Shown here in pieces: positions 36,570 through 48,984 of a stretch of 64,000 nucleotides of DNA; the first letter of the stretch is position 1, and each line of letters opens with the position of its first letter. A model generated the notes under the pieces. That model made no database searches. It saw nothing but the letters and a program-made list of their open reading frames with translations, and was not told the DNA's origin. Origin of the DNA: Octopus sinensis (lineage: Eukaryota). The stretch lies in assembly GCF_006345805.1 (NCBI RefSeq), contig NC_043004.1, forward strand, positions 93,124,001-93,188,000, written 5' to 3'. Made by a program: the position numbers and the translations under genes.

Positions 36570-36695
36570 AATGTATTATACAAATGTTTTTTTTATAGGT
36601 ATTATACAAATGTATTATATAGGTATTATACAAATGTATTATATAGGTATTCTATATTATATAGGTATTATACAAATGTTATATTATACAAATGT
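36570..36695. repeat. 24-bp minisatellite
   Basis: About 4-5 copies of TATTATACAAATGTATTATATAGG. Confidence 0.8.
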
Positions 36696-37380
36696 TAATA
36701 CCAGTAATAAGCAATGCATGACGAAATATATTGTCTTGTAATATGGCAGCTGTAGCTGCCGTATTTCTTAACCTGGTTTTAATGTTGTTTACACCCAAAT
36801 CTACCTTGATCAAACATCCATATGATCAAATGCAGCCAGGTGTGACCATTTCAACTTTTATTCAGAGAGAACAACTAAAAATACACTGTGTATAATCCAT
36901 TTTTGTTCAATATTATCCTTTGGTCCGCGCGCGCTTAATTTTATCTGTTGGTGCGCAGTTACTGCGGCACAATATAGCGAGGCATTTATTGTCCAAAAGT
37001 TGGAAGCGTGGATTTGAACTACTTGTTCTCTCACAATTTCGTCGATCACGGATATCATTAGGTCGGTCGGATATCATCAAGTCGGTATCGTTCTATAATA
37101 CAATGCCTTGTATGTATGTATGTATGTATGTATGTATGTATGTATGCCGGTGGTGGTGCTGTTAATTTCAGCCATAACCGAGTAAGCGAAATTCCACGTT
37201 GTATAAAGTATGTTTTTAAAATCCGGTCTGAATAACGTTACGTTGGTAGGTAAAAAGTGTTTCTCTTATCTATAATGGGAGGAATAAATTAGTTACTGAT
37301 TTAGACTGGAGGAGTCGCCTAAAATGTAGAAGGGAACGTTCAAAAATGTGTATGAATGTGTGTGTGTTAATTTTTAGCAG

Positions 37381-38059
37381 GCGAAGATTACCGTAAATCC
37401 TCGAGTATAGTCCGCCCTTGAGTATAATACGCAGGGAATTTTTAGGGGCTGTACCTCTGAAAAACCTAAGCCTTGTGTATAATACGCACCCCTTCTCTAA
37501 CTTGAGTCGTGCGTAATTAAGCCAGCAGCACCTAGTCGAACAAACACTTCTGTGCATGTGTAATACAATAATGGTGATGTTCTTAACTGTTATATGGGAA
37601 TGTAAATATGTTTGTAAATTGCTTTTGTTATATGTTATTCTGTGTTCTGAATACTTATATTTTAATAAATGTTGCTTACTGCAAGTTATGGAGGATTCTT
37701 TTATGACTTCATTGCTTTCAGGCTTAGCTTAAGGTATTTTCGCGCCCGACATCACAAAATGCATCTGAATAAACATTGCCGGACATCAAATAGAGACTCG
37801 GAGATTGCTTAGAAAATAATTTTCATTTTTAACCTCATGTATAATACGCACTAGGGATTTTGACCTTTAAATTTTGGGGAAAAAATGTGGATTATACTCG
37901 AGCATTTACGGTAGTTCAGTTCTCGTTATCCCGCTCATGCGAAACGCTAGTCACTCTGAGATACTTGTCGATGATACGGATGAGTTTTCAACTTTGCGAC
38001 GGATTCAGAAACAGAGCTTACAATACCTCCAAAGTAGGTCCTGCAGTTTCTCTGCACAG
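37381..38059 (+). pseudogene. Candidate 156-nt exon of an unknown gene interrupted by the MITE
   Basis: tttttagcAG| at 37379-37380, CAG|GTAAAA at 38060. Removing the MITE and one TA leaves 156 nt open in two frames. Confidence 0.4.
37391..37911. mobile_element. pogo/Tigger-type MITE
   Basis: TA|CCGTAAATCCTCGAGTATAGTCCGC...GTGGATTATACTCGAGCATTTACGG|TA. Confidence 0.88.
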
Positions 38060-38205
38060 GTAAAAACATCTCCAATGTTTATTTCATTTATAGTGGGAAG
38101 TTTATTGAAGGAGATTTGATTCTAAACTTAATCAAAAACGAAACATGCATACAGGGCGGAATTATCTCCCGGACGATATGGTCTGTATTTCAAAAATACA
38201 AACCA

Positions 38206-38246
<41 letters not shown>

Positions 38247-38259
38247 TAAAATAATAAAT

Positions 38260-38813
38260 GCCCTGATGCAGTACCAGGCAGTGGTTCTCATGGCTTCTGA
38301 TCTTAAATGATTGGAAGTGTTATCATGTACATTGTTTTGTCTTGGTATAAAAGATGGGCTACAGCAAATATTCTGCTCAATACCACAGATTTGCTTGTCA
38401 GTTGTTTGACCTTAACCAGTTGGGCATGTCCCTTAGTGGCTGACGATATGTGCATCTCTGATCACGAGCAGAAGTCGTGGGGGAGCATCATAGCCATGTG
38501 TTGAGAGGGATTCTTTGGGGTTTGAATAATTCACCTCCGGAAACATGGGTGTTTCATTTAACATCCTTAAATAACCCTTATTCAAGGACCTTTTGAGTGG
38601 GATGGGTTACACGACCCGAAGAAAATTCTAACTGGGCCCCACCTGCAAGGTCATGTGCTGTTTATCTTGATATGAGATCACCATATCGCGTACATATGGC
38701 TGTGATGCATGTGCCTGGTGTACCCTTATCAGACGGGTAGTCATGATGGGTATACTGGGCTTCGTATATTTTACCCCAGTGTCACTTTGAGAGCATGCAC
38801 TGCTCTCTCACTC
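38260..38813 (+). mobile_element. Unclassified ~555-bp interspersed repeat in (AAT)n
   Basis: GCCCTGATGCAGTACCAGG...CTCTCTCACTC(AAT)n; second copy at 55497-56050 with the same ends. Confidence 0.85.
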
Positions 38814-38846
<33 letters not shown>

Positions 38847-39018
38847 AATAAATTAAAGCAGTTGAATGGGTATGAAGTTTCTTGAAGATCTGAATATCTA
38901 AGAAAGCTAGTCAAATAATAATATACACATTCTACTGCTAACCCAAGCTGAACAGAGTTCTTTTTAAAAGTTGCATTTGAAAGGTTAGGGCTGAAAGAAT
39001 AGAGTGTCTGACTCACAC

Positions 39019-39066
<48 letters not shown>

Positions 39067-39290
39067 TAAACATGACTGTTAAAATTATTATTATTTATTA
39101 TTATTATTATTAAAGATTTATTTTTCATATTTCTTTGTTAGAGCATTCTGTTTGATTTGGAACAATGGCGTCGCAGAGTAGTCGTGTTTTCAATATAACA
39201 TGTTTGACAGAAATGCTGTTTCCTATTAACATAGCTACACATAGATGTGTGCATGTTCGTGTATATACTTACACATAAGCATGTGTGTAT

Positions 39291-39759
39291 TCTTTTATTC
39301 TTTTACTCGTCTCGGTAATTTGACTGTGGCCAAGCTGGAGCACCGCCTTTAGCCGAACAAACTGAACCCGGGACTTATTCTTTATAAGAATAGTACTTAT
39401 TTGATCGGTCTCTTTTGCCGAACCGCTAATTTACGGAGACGTAAACACACCAACATCGATTGTCAAGCGATGGTGGGAGGATAAACACAGACACACAAAT
39501 ACATACATACCTGCACCTATACATACATACATACATACATACATACATACATACATACATACATACATACATACATACATACATACATACATACATACAT
39601 ACATACATACGACGAGCTTTTTTCCGTTTCCATCTACCAGATCCACTCACAAGGCTTTGGTCTGCCCGAGGCTATAGTAGAAGGCACTTACCCAAGATGC
39701 CACGCAGTGTGACTGAAGTTGGGAAGCAATCTTCTTACCACACGGACACTCCTGCGCCT
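39291..39759 (-). mobile_element. SINE family A with internal (CATA)n
   Basis: Tail, about 110 bp of (CATA)n, partly deleted head. Confidence 0.85.
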
Positions 39760-39781
39760 ATATATGTGTGTGTGTGTATTA

Positions 39782-40088
39782 TCACCGTGATCACCGTGAC
39801 CGACCAGGCTATCAGATGTTGTTACACATCGCTGGTCACAATGCGCTTCGCATTGTTTTAGCCTTGAAATGACGCCACCCTGCTGGCTAAGTGAGCAGGC
39901 CAACAGAAGAAAGAGTGGGAGAAAGGGTGGTGAAAGAGTACAGCAGGGATCACCACCCCCTGCCGGAGCCTCGTGGAGCTTTTAGGTGTTTTCGCTCAAT
40001 AAACACACACAACGCCCGGTCTGGGAATCGAAACCGCGATCCTGCGACCGCGAGTCCGCTGCCCTGACCACTAGACCATTGCACCTCC
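39782..40088 (-). mobile_element. SINE family B, tail variant 2
   Basis: Same head as 30835, same tail as 14738; GTGTGTGTATTAT-like flanks on both sides. Confidence 0.9.
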
Positions 40089-40747
40089 GTGTGTGTATTA
40101 TATAGATACATATATACTGGTAACTTTTTTTCGACATCTAAACGTAAATATTCAATCTTCTTCGGGTCTTTTCACAATTATATAGTGTTCGAAACTTACT
40201 TTCTTCTCTGTAAAAATACCTACACACACGGCTTACCTGAGCTGTTGAGAAGTTTGCATTCGAACCGTCTGGGCTTGCGTTCAGTCCCACTGAACGGTAC
40301 CCTGTACAAGTATCTTCTATTATAGCCTTGAGCTGACCAAAGCCTTGTGAGTGGATTTCACGATTTCTTGCCAATAGAGAAAGAGTCGGTTTCTAACCTA
40401 GATCCAAGGCTTCTTCATTGGATTTTCAACAACATCAACAGGATATTTTTGTATGTATGTGTATGTTTTATTTTATGTATGTATTTTCATGCGTATAGTT
40501 GCATGTCTAGACTGACTTTTACAGTTCCATTCATGGCTTAGATCTGTAGTCTTCGAATCAACTTTGTCCTTTCTGGTTTAGAAGCCTATTTTCTCAAGAT
40601 TGATATTTAGTCAGTGTTATATATCCCAGGAGTATGTATGTATGTATGTATGTATGTATGTATGTATGTATGTATGTATGTATGTATGTATGTATGCATG
40701 TATGTATGTATGTGTGTATGTATGTATGTATGTATGTGTGTATGTGT

Positions 40748-40950
40748 GAAGGCACATGGCACATTGGTTAGAGCGTCGAGCTTACGATCGTGAGGTTGCG
40801 AGTTCGATTCCCGGACCGGGCTGCGTGTTGTGTTCTTGAGCAAGGCACTTTATTTCACGTTGCTCCAGTTCACTCAGCTGTAGAAATGAATTACGACATC
40901 ACAGGTGCCAAGCTGTATCAGCTTTTGCCGTTCCCTTTAATAACATTGGT
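40748..40950 (+). mobile_element. SINE family D-like
   Basis: GGCACATGGCACATTGGTTAGAGCG...GAGTTCGATTCCCGGACCGGG...CTTGAGCAAGGCACTT; set in (ATGT)n. Confidence 0.8.
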
Positions 40951-41365
40951 GGCGTGGTATGCATGTATGTATGTATGTATGTATGTATGTATGTATGTAT
41001 GTATGTATGTATGTATGTATGTATGTATGTATGTGTGTGTGTATGGGTGTGTGTTTATATGTGTGTGTGTGTATGTACGTGTGTGTATGTACGTGTGTGT
41101 GCATGTGTATGTATGTGTGTGTGTGTTTGTCTTTGTGTTTGTGTTGTTTGCTGCCAACTATCGTTTGACAGCCGGTATTGGTGTGTTTACGCCCCCGTAG
41201 CATAGATATTAGGCAAAAAAAAACCGATAGAGTAAATAACAAGCTTAAAAATAAATACTGGGGTCGATGTGTTCAGCTAAAACCCTCCAGTATGGCCGCC
41301 GTACAAAGACTGAAATAAGCCAAAAAAATAAAAGAAAATTATATACGTGTGGTGAGATTAATAAC

Positions 41366-42000
41366 GAAACTCGAGGTCGAGATTAACTAATTCACTTTTT
41401 TTGTTCGTTCTGGTGTTATAATCGGCGTGCCTCATGAATACTTCGTTTCGTGGTTTAGGTTTTATCTGACCTTTTTATCATGTAAGTAGTCCTGTCAAAG
41501 CTCTCCTCTTTGTGTATAGAAAGATTCTATACACTTTTATACTTTTAAAAATATGTTATCCCTTTTGACTTTTATTTATGCATGCTAACTACTGGTAGTA
41601 AATTATTTTAATTTATTGGCTTCATATTTACGAAGGTAATATTTATAATTCAGAGGCTGTATAGGACACACTTTTAAATTTGTTTATTTACTGCTGGACT
41701 GAATACAGAAGTAGCTGCTTTGCGCACGTGTTTTCTGTATGTATTTGCAACTATTTATAATTATTCATTAATTAGCGATCTCGCTGACGAGCCACATATC
41801 CCAAATTAGTTTATTTTGGAGATTTATGGCGAAACTCGAGTTCGAGATTAACTAATTCACTTTTTTTATTCGTTCGGGTGTTACAATCGGCGTGCCTCAT
41901 GAATTCTTCTTTTCGTAGTTTAGGTTTTAACTGGCCTTTTTAGCATGTAAGGAGTCTTGTCAAAGGTCTCCTCTTTGTGGATAGAAAGATTCTATACACT
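41366..42000. repeat. ~170-bp direct repeat pair (41366-41535 and 41830-42000)
   Basis: CGAAACTCGAG.TCGAGATTAACTAATTCAC...GAAAGATTCTATACACT occurs twice, visibly diverged. Confidence 0.85.
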
Positions 42001-42429
42001 TATATACATACATACATATATATATATACATTGTTTATTATCTAATATTTAATTGAATGCGACGCATGCATTTCCAAGTATGTGTGTATATATACATACA
42101 TATACATTTTACTTTTGTTTATGCGATGCATAAGCTGCTCTAAATTAGCAGAGTTAGTGCAGGATATCTTCACGGTGTGGTCGATTAAAAATAGCATGAT
42201 ACCGATTAGATTTTGGAAAACATTTGTTCCAAAGCAGCTAGAAATTTTCCAGCGATCTTGGTTGAAACATGCGAACCGAAAATCGGGCTGAACTAGAAGG
42301 CATCCTGATTCTTAGATCTGTTGTTTAGCTTTATTTGATCGAGTGTGTTATATAGGATTAGAACAATTTACGGTGTTACAAACAGTTGGGTTATTATGTC
42401 GCATGTCTCTATGAGTTTTCGTTGGTAGT

Positions 42430-42660
42430 TCATTGTCTTGACCAATTCTTCATGGCCTGAGTTCTCAAACCGTGACGCTGTGATGGTGTACAATGTGTAG
42501 TACAATTGGAGGAATTACCAGTGTTGTGTATGCCTCCTTGTTGTATACATTGAATATTTTCACGATACCCAGCCCTAGCTAAAGCAGCATTACAATATGT
42601 TGCATGTGATTCAAAAATGTTATTATTAGCGGATAATCTCAATAAGGCGACGCCGGTAAC
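42430..42660 (-). mobile_element. Possible Penelope-like RT C-terminal fragment
   Basis: RLSANNNIFESHATYCNAALARAGYRENIQ resembles PLE RLS..SSNEEIF..AA..YN.AL..SGY. Confidence 0.45.
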
Positions 42661-43007
42661 GATCACGCTCGAATGGAGCTTTACATGCCCATCGGCACAG
42701 AGGCCAGCTTGTGCTCTGGCAATGATCACGCTCGTATGGTACTCTTAGCGCTCCACTAGCACGGATGCCAGTATCAAATTTGATTTCGATTTCAATTTCA
42801 ATTTCAATTTCACTTGCCTCAACATGTCTTCGCAAGCAGAGTTTAGTGTCCAAGAAGGAAAGTACGCATAAGTGGGCTGGTTACACTCCTGGCATAGTCC
42901 ACAAGGTTATGTCTCACTTGAGCTTGCCAGGTCTTCTCAAGCACCGCATATGTCCATATATATATATATATCTATATATATATTATATATATATATATAT
43001 ATATATC

Positions 43008-43039
<32 letters not shown>

Positions 43040-43229
43040 TATGCGACAAGTTTCTTTCTTTTTCCGTATAGCAAATCTACTTTGGTTGACCTGAGGCTAT
43101 GGTAGAAAACATTTTCCCAAAGTTCCACGCAGTGGCACTGAACCTGGAACCACGTGGTTGAGAAGCGAACTCCTTACCACACAACTACAGCTAACATTGC
43201 GTACATGCACACGCTAGCACACGTCTAAG

Positions 43230-44915
43230 TATGTATGTATGTATGTATGTATGTATGTATGCATGCATGCATGCATGCATGTATGTATGTATGTATGTAT
43301 GTGTGTATGTATGTATGTATGTATGTATGCATGCATGCATGTATGTATGTATGTATGTACGCATGTATGTATGTATGCATGTATGCATGTATGTACGTAT
43401 GTATGTATGTATTATGTTATGTATGCATGTATGTATGTATGTATGTATGTACGCATGTATGTATGTATGCATGTATGCATGTATGTACGTATGTATGTAT
43501 GTATGCATGTATGCATGCATGTATGTATGTATGTATGTATGTACGCATGTATGTATGTATGCATGTATGCATGTATGTACGTATGTATGTATGTATGTAT
43601 GTATGTATACATGCATGTATGTATGTATGTATGTATGTAAGTATGTATGTATGTATGTATGAATATATGTATGTATGTATGTTATGTATGTATGTATGTA
43701 TGTATGTATGTATGTATGTATGTATGCATGCATGTATGTATGTATGTATGTATGTATGTATGTATGTATGCATGCATGTATGTATGTATGTATGCATGTA
43801 TGTATGTGTGTGTGTATGTATGTATGTATGTATGTATGTATGTATGCATACATGCATGCATGCATGTATGTATGTATGTATGTATGCATACATGCATGTA
43901 TGTATGTATGTATGCATGCATGCATGTATGTATGTATGTATGTATGTATGTATGTATGTACGCATGTATGTATGTATGTATGTATGTATGTATGTATGTA
44001 TGTATGTATGTATGTATGTATGTATGTATGTATGTATGTATGCATGCATGCATGCATGTATGTATGTATGTATGTATGTATGCATGCATGCATGTATGTA
44101 TGTATGTATGTATGTATGCATGCATGTATGTATGTATGTATGTATGTATGTATGTATGTATGTATGTATGCATGCATGCATGCATGTATGTATGTATGTA
44201 TGTATGTATGTATGTATGTATAATATTGTATGTATGTATGTTGTATGTATGTATGTATGCATACATGTATGTATGTATGTATGTATGTATGTAGTATGTA
44301 TGTATGTAATGTATGAATATATGTTATGTATGTATGTATGTATGTATGTATGCATGCATGCATGCATGTATGTATGTATGTATGTATGTATGTATGTATG
44401 CATGCATTATGATGTATGTATGTATGTATGTAGTATGTATGCATGCATGTATGTATGTAGTATGTATGTATGTATGCATGTTGTGTATGTTGTGTGTGTA
44501 TGTATGTATGTATGTATTAGCATGCATGCATGCATGCATGTATGTATGTATGTATGCATGCATGCATGCATGTACGTATGTATGTATGTATGTATGCATG
44601 CATGTATGTATGTATGTATGTATGTATGTATGTATGTATGTATGTATGTACGCATGTATGTATGTATGTATGTATGTATGTATATATGTATGTATGTATG
44701 TATGCATGCATGCATGCATGTATGTATGTATGTATGTATGTATGTATGTATGCATGCATGCATGCTGGTATGTATGTATGTATGTATGTATGTATGTATG
44801 CATGCATGCATGTATGTATGTATGTATGTATGCATGCATGCATGCATGTATGCATGCCAGCAGGTATGTATGTATGTATGTATGTATGTATGTATGTATG
44901 TATGTATGTATGTAG
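43230..44915. repeat. ~1.7-kb (ATGT/ATGC)n tetranucleotide array
   Basis: Direct inspection; variant units ATGC, ACGC, ACGT; local 92-bp higher-order period. Confidence 0.97.
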
Positions 44916-45087
44916 GTATGTAGTGACGGATGTCAACAGTTAAAGTCTGAAATACTGTTCCTACAAAATCTGAAAAGGATCACACAAGGAATCGACAGCG
45001 GCTCTTTGGAAGAAGTTTTGTAGAAACGATAGAAACCATTTTCTTTTCTTGTCCAGATGTTATTTATTTATATATGTATATATATAT

Positions 45088-45122
<35 letters not shown>

Positions 45123-45530
45123 TGCATTTAATCACACGCTATACAAACTTTGTGTCAAATTTCGAAGTTTAGCTGTAAAGCAATCCTTGAAATTCCACAG
45201 AATGTGAAATTAATGAGTCAGTGTCTGTTTGTCAATAGGTTAAAGAAATTTCTTTTTTTTTCTTTTCCTTTATTTTTCCGTTCTTTTTCTTAACCTTTCT
45301 TTTTGTTTTTACCATATTTCTGTTGAAATACACTGCCTTTCTTTAAATTTAGTTGAAAATAATGATAAGTTTAGTAGTAAAGTAAGTTTATTATTAATCC
45401 GGTGTTTAGAATATAAACAAACATGAAATTTGTATGTAAGGTTTTCATTTAGATCGCTTCAAAATAGCACGTTTCTATTACGGAACCAGGGGTGATCTCA
45501 GGCGGGTTGGTATCAAACGCTTAAAAATAT

Positions 45531-45932
45531 TCTTTTCTACTCTAGATACAAGGCCCGAAATTTGGGGAAGGGGGCAGTCGATTAGATCGATCCCAGAACG
45601 CAACTGGTACTTAATTTATCAACCCCGAAAAGATGAAAGGCAAAGTCGACCTCGGCGGAATTTGAACTTAGAACGTAAAGACAGACGAAATACCTATTTC
45701 TATTTCTTTACTACCCACAAGGGGCTAAACAGAGAGAGGACAAACAAGGACAGACAAACGGATTAAGTCGATTACTTCGACCCCAGTGCGTAACTGGTAC
45801 TTAATTTATCGACCCCGAAAGGATAAAAGCAAAGTCGACCTCGGCGGAATTTGAACTCAGAACGTAGCGGCAGACGAAATACCGCTAAACATTTCGCCTG
45901 GTGTGCTAACATTTCTGCCAACTCGCCGCCTT
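45531..45932 (-). mobile_element. SINE family C dimer with two different tails
   Basis: Head AAGGCGGCGAGTTGGCAGAA; junction AAAGAAATAG..|GTATTTCGTCTG; imperfect TSD AAACG(C/G)TTAAAAATAT. Confidence 0.88.
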
Positions 45933-45948
45933 AAACGGTTAAAAAATA

Positions 45949-46355
45949 TCTATATATATAAAAGTGAGGTTGTGTGAGCGCCTGTCTCCTACGATTTAGA
46001 TTCCTAACTACTTCCACATTTTGCGGTGCAGTTTAACCAAATTCGGGTATCTTATAGTCGTAATTCATATCGAGCCCGTCTGGGTATTAGCGCGCGTCTA
46101 CGATGAGTCTACGACGAGTCTACGATTTTAAAAATAAAACACCATCATTTTTTTCCATTTTAAGGCATACTTTTTTAAAGGGAAGTAACTCTCTAAAAAT
46201 GTCTACGATGAGTCAACGATTTTTAAAAAAAATTTACCATCATATTATTTCCATTTTTAATGCATTTTTTTGCTATTTTTTGGCTATAACTCTCTAAAAA
46301 TGCTTATATAGTTATTTCCCTTACAAACCCGAGCAACGCCGGGTGATACTGCTAG
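45949..46355 (+). mobile_element. Non-autonomous Helitron (same family as 26729)
   Basis: A|TCTATATATATAAAAGTGAGG...CCCGAGCAACGCCGGG...CTAG|T. Confidence 0.88.
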
Positions 46356-46817
46356 TTGTATATAAAGTTGGAAAAACCGTCGCTGTTTCACTGATGACAA
46401 TGTTCTTGTTACTGTTTAATCTCCGAATAAGTTTTCACTGAGCAGAGTTTACCACCAAAAAGGCATTCAAACTGTTTCTTTATCTCAGTTCGTAGGTCAC
46501 ATTATTCAGCGCTTCCTTATATTTTTAAAGTCAGTTGGGTATAATTTGAAGAAGACTTTGTTGCTGTTTCAAGCATGTATGAAGAATTCTTTGAATGTTG
46601 TTTGTATATGTACTGATCGACAAAGACAAACCATAGCTAGAGTCCCTTTCTCCAGGATAAACCGTTCAAAAACATATACATACATGATGGTACTCCCTCA
46701 TTGCAACAACCTACCGGCTGGAATTAGTTAGAGAGAGGGAAAGAGAGAGAGAGAGAGAGAGAGAGTGTAGGGGTGCGTGTGCGTGTGTATGTGTGTGTGT
46801 GAGTGCATATTCATGTA

Positions 46818-47136
46818 TCATCTGTAAGGTCTCACTCTAGGAAGTCCGTAGTAGATGAACTGTTCAGGGCTTAGTATATGATTGTCGAAATATTTAAGTC
46901 TCTCTAAGGAGTTGTTCGTCAATTGAATGTAGCTGCGAAACGGTAACGTACCGAAGTAGTCTTGATACGTGAATTTCGTATTGCCGAAGTGTTCAACCAA
47001 TTTGTCGTTAATCGCTACACGCCACATAGTCCACAGGTGGATGTTTTTGGTGGGGTCGAATTTATGTAATACTCTGTTTTCCCTGAATTCCACAGCGTTT
47101 TTCTGGCGTGTTTTTTGCCAATTCATGATGGCAGTC
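46818..47136 (-). CDS. Candidate coding exon of an unidentified gene
   Basis: Strong acceptor ttttcttcttttacAG| then a 105-codon open frame TAIMNWQKTRQKNAVEFRENRVLHKFDPTKNIHLWTMWRVAINDKLVEHFGNTKFTYQDYFGTLPFRSYIQLTNNSLERLKYFDNHILSPEQFIYYGLPRVRPYR*. A possible AGA|GTGAGA donor lies just before the stop. No family recognised. Confidence 0.55.
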
Positions 47137-47488
47137 CTGTAAAAGAAGAAAAGAAATAAATCAACTATATTATTCTGCTTCTCAAGATGTGTGTTCGAAT
47201 GTAACGCTCTTAAATAACCGTCCTTAATTATTGACGGAAATCGAATACAGAATCGAAATATTCTAAATAACGAAGCAAAATCAAGAGTTATGCTTATACA
47301 ACTTTACAGTGGACTGAAATCTAAAATATATTTGAAGTCGTTAAAATTACGAATCAACATTGAGAGTTATGCTTTAAACAACCTTAACTAAGTAATGAAA
47401 CCAAAGATACATTCGAAACGTTTAATATCATGAAACAATGTTATGCAAATAGACATCCATCCATCCATCCATCCATCCATCCATCCAT

Positions 47489-47547
<59 letters not shown>

Positions 47548-48038
47548 ACCAGCCAGCCAACTAGCCAGTCGTACGTCCAACCATACGTCCGTCGGTCGTG
47601 GAAGTAGTGTTCTCAGGCACCTCTTCCATATTTTCCTGTCAAAGCAATCTTCATTAGACTTTCCAGCTTGATTCCAAGCGTGGCCAGCAGAGACTATGGA
47701 TATTATCCAACCATATATATATATATATATCATTCTTGGTCCATCCCTAATCACACATCCGTGGTAGCGGCGATGAGTATGTCACCTGCAAATTGGAGGT
47801 GTGTTAGTAGCTAGCCAAAGATGTTTCAGATTGCTTACGGATTAACTTTTTCACTGGTACAAGTGATGCAAGTACGGTAGAGAGGAGGTGAGAGACGATG
47901 AGAGATGTGGGAGTAAGAAGGGCGTCAGAAGATCAGAATATCAGAGCTGGTTGAAGAAATTCGCAATATTCTTGATGAAGATCGTTGTGTGTCTAAGAGA
48001 GCAATAAGCATACAGTTTAGAATTGGTGCGGCAACTGT

Positions 48039-48260
48039 ACTCTCTTTTTACTCTCTTTTACTTGTTTCAGTCATTCGACTGTGGCCATGCTTGAGCACCA
48101 CCTTTAGTAGAGCAAATCGACCCCAGGACTTATTCTTTGTAAGCCTAGTACTTATTCTATCGGTCTCTTTTGCCGAACCGCTAAGTTACGGGGACGTAAA
48201 CACACCAGCATCGGTTGTCAAGCGATGTTGGGTGGGTGGGGGACAAACATCGACGCACAA

Positions 48261-48293
<33 letters not shown>

Positions 48294-48294
48294 A

Positions 48295-48354
<60 letters not shown>

Positions 48355-48542
48355 CATGTATGTATGTATACATATATACGACGGGCTTCTTTTAGTTTCC
48401 GCCTACCAAATCCACTCAGAAGGCTTTGGTCGGCCCGAGGCTATAGTAGAAGATACTTGCCCAAGGTGCCACGCAGTGGGAATGAACCCGGGACCATGTG
48501 GCTCGTAAGCAAGCTACTAACCACACAGCCACTCCTACGCCT
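48039..48542 (-). mobile_element. SINE family A, full length
   Basis: Head, core, (TA)n, tail. Confidence 0.9.
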
Positions 48543-48639
48543 ACTGTACACATAATTATTCAATAAGATGTGAAATTTGTGCAAAGTTTGTTCCCAGGTT
48601 GCTCATTGGAGAGCCTCCTGGTAGCCAACTACGTAACAG

Positions 48640-48955
48640 GGATGAGCATCAAAACTGTCCCTCACGTTCCCTACAGTTCACCTTTTTGATCCCTGCGACT
48701 TTTGGTGGTTCCCCAAGCTGAAGAACCCCAACTTCAAGAGGCAGCCATTTTGAAGATGAAAGTGGCAGTGACAAGGGTCTTGGACACCTTGATCTTCTGG
48801 GACTGCCATGGAGCCTTCGCGAAGTGGTTAGAACGCTAACAACAAGTACACTGAAATCAGAGGGTTCTATTTTGAAGGAGATTAAAGTTATATAACTTCT
48901 TTGAAATTAATAAATATTTCTCCTGAGAGAGTCTCAAAACTTCTGGAGTATTTCT
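48640..48955 (+). mobile_element. Mariner transposase 3' fragment
   Basis: Frameshifted PHVPYS(PDL)..CDFWWFPKLK...KVAVTRVLDTL...GAFAKWLER...GFYFEGD. Confidence 0.75.
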
Positions 48956-48984
48956 TGAATGAATGAATGTATGTATGTCTGTAT

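Noticed and set aside
43191-44943. Very long ORFs (up to 562 aa, MYVC/HTYI repeats)
   Set aside because: Translation products of the (ATGT/ATGC)n array; no stop codons by construction. The same applies to other MYVC/YIYI/ERER ORFs in the track.
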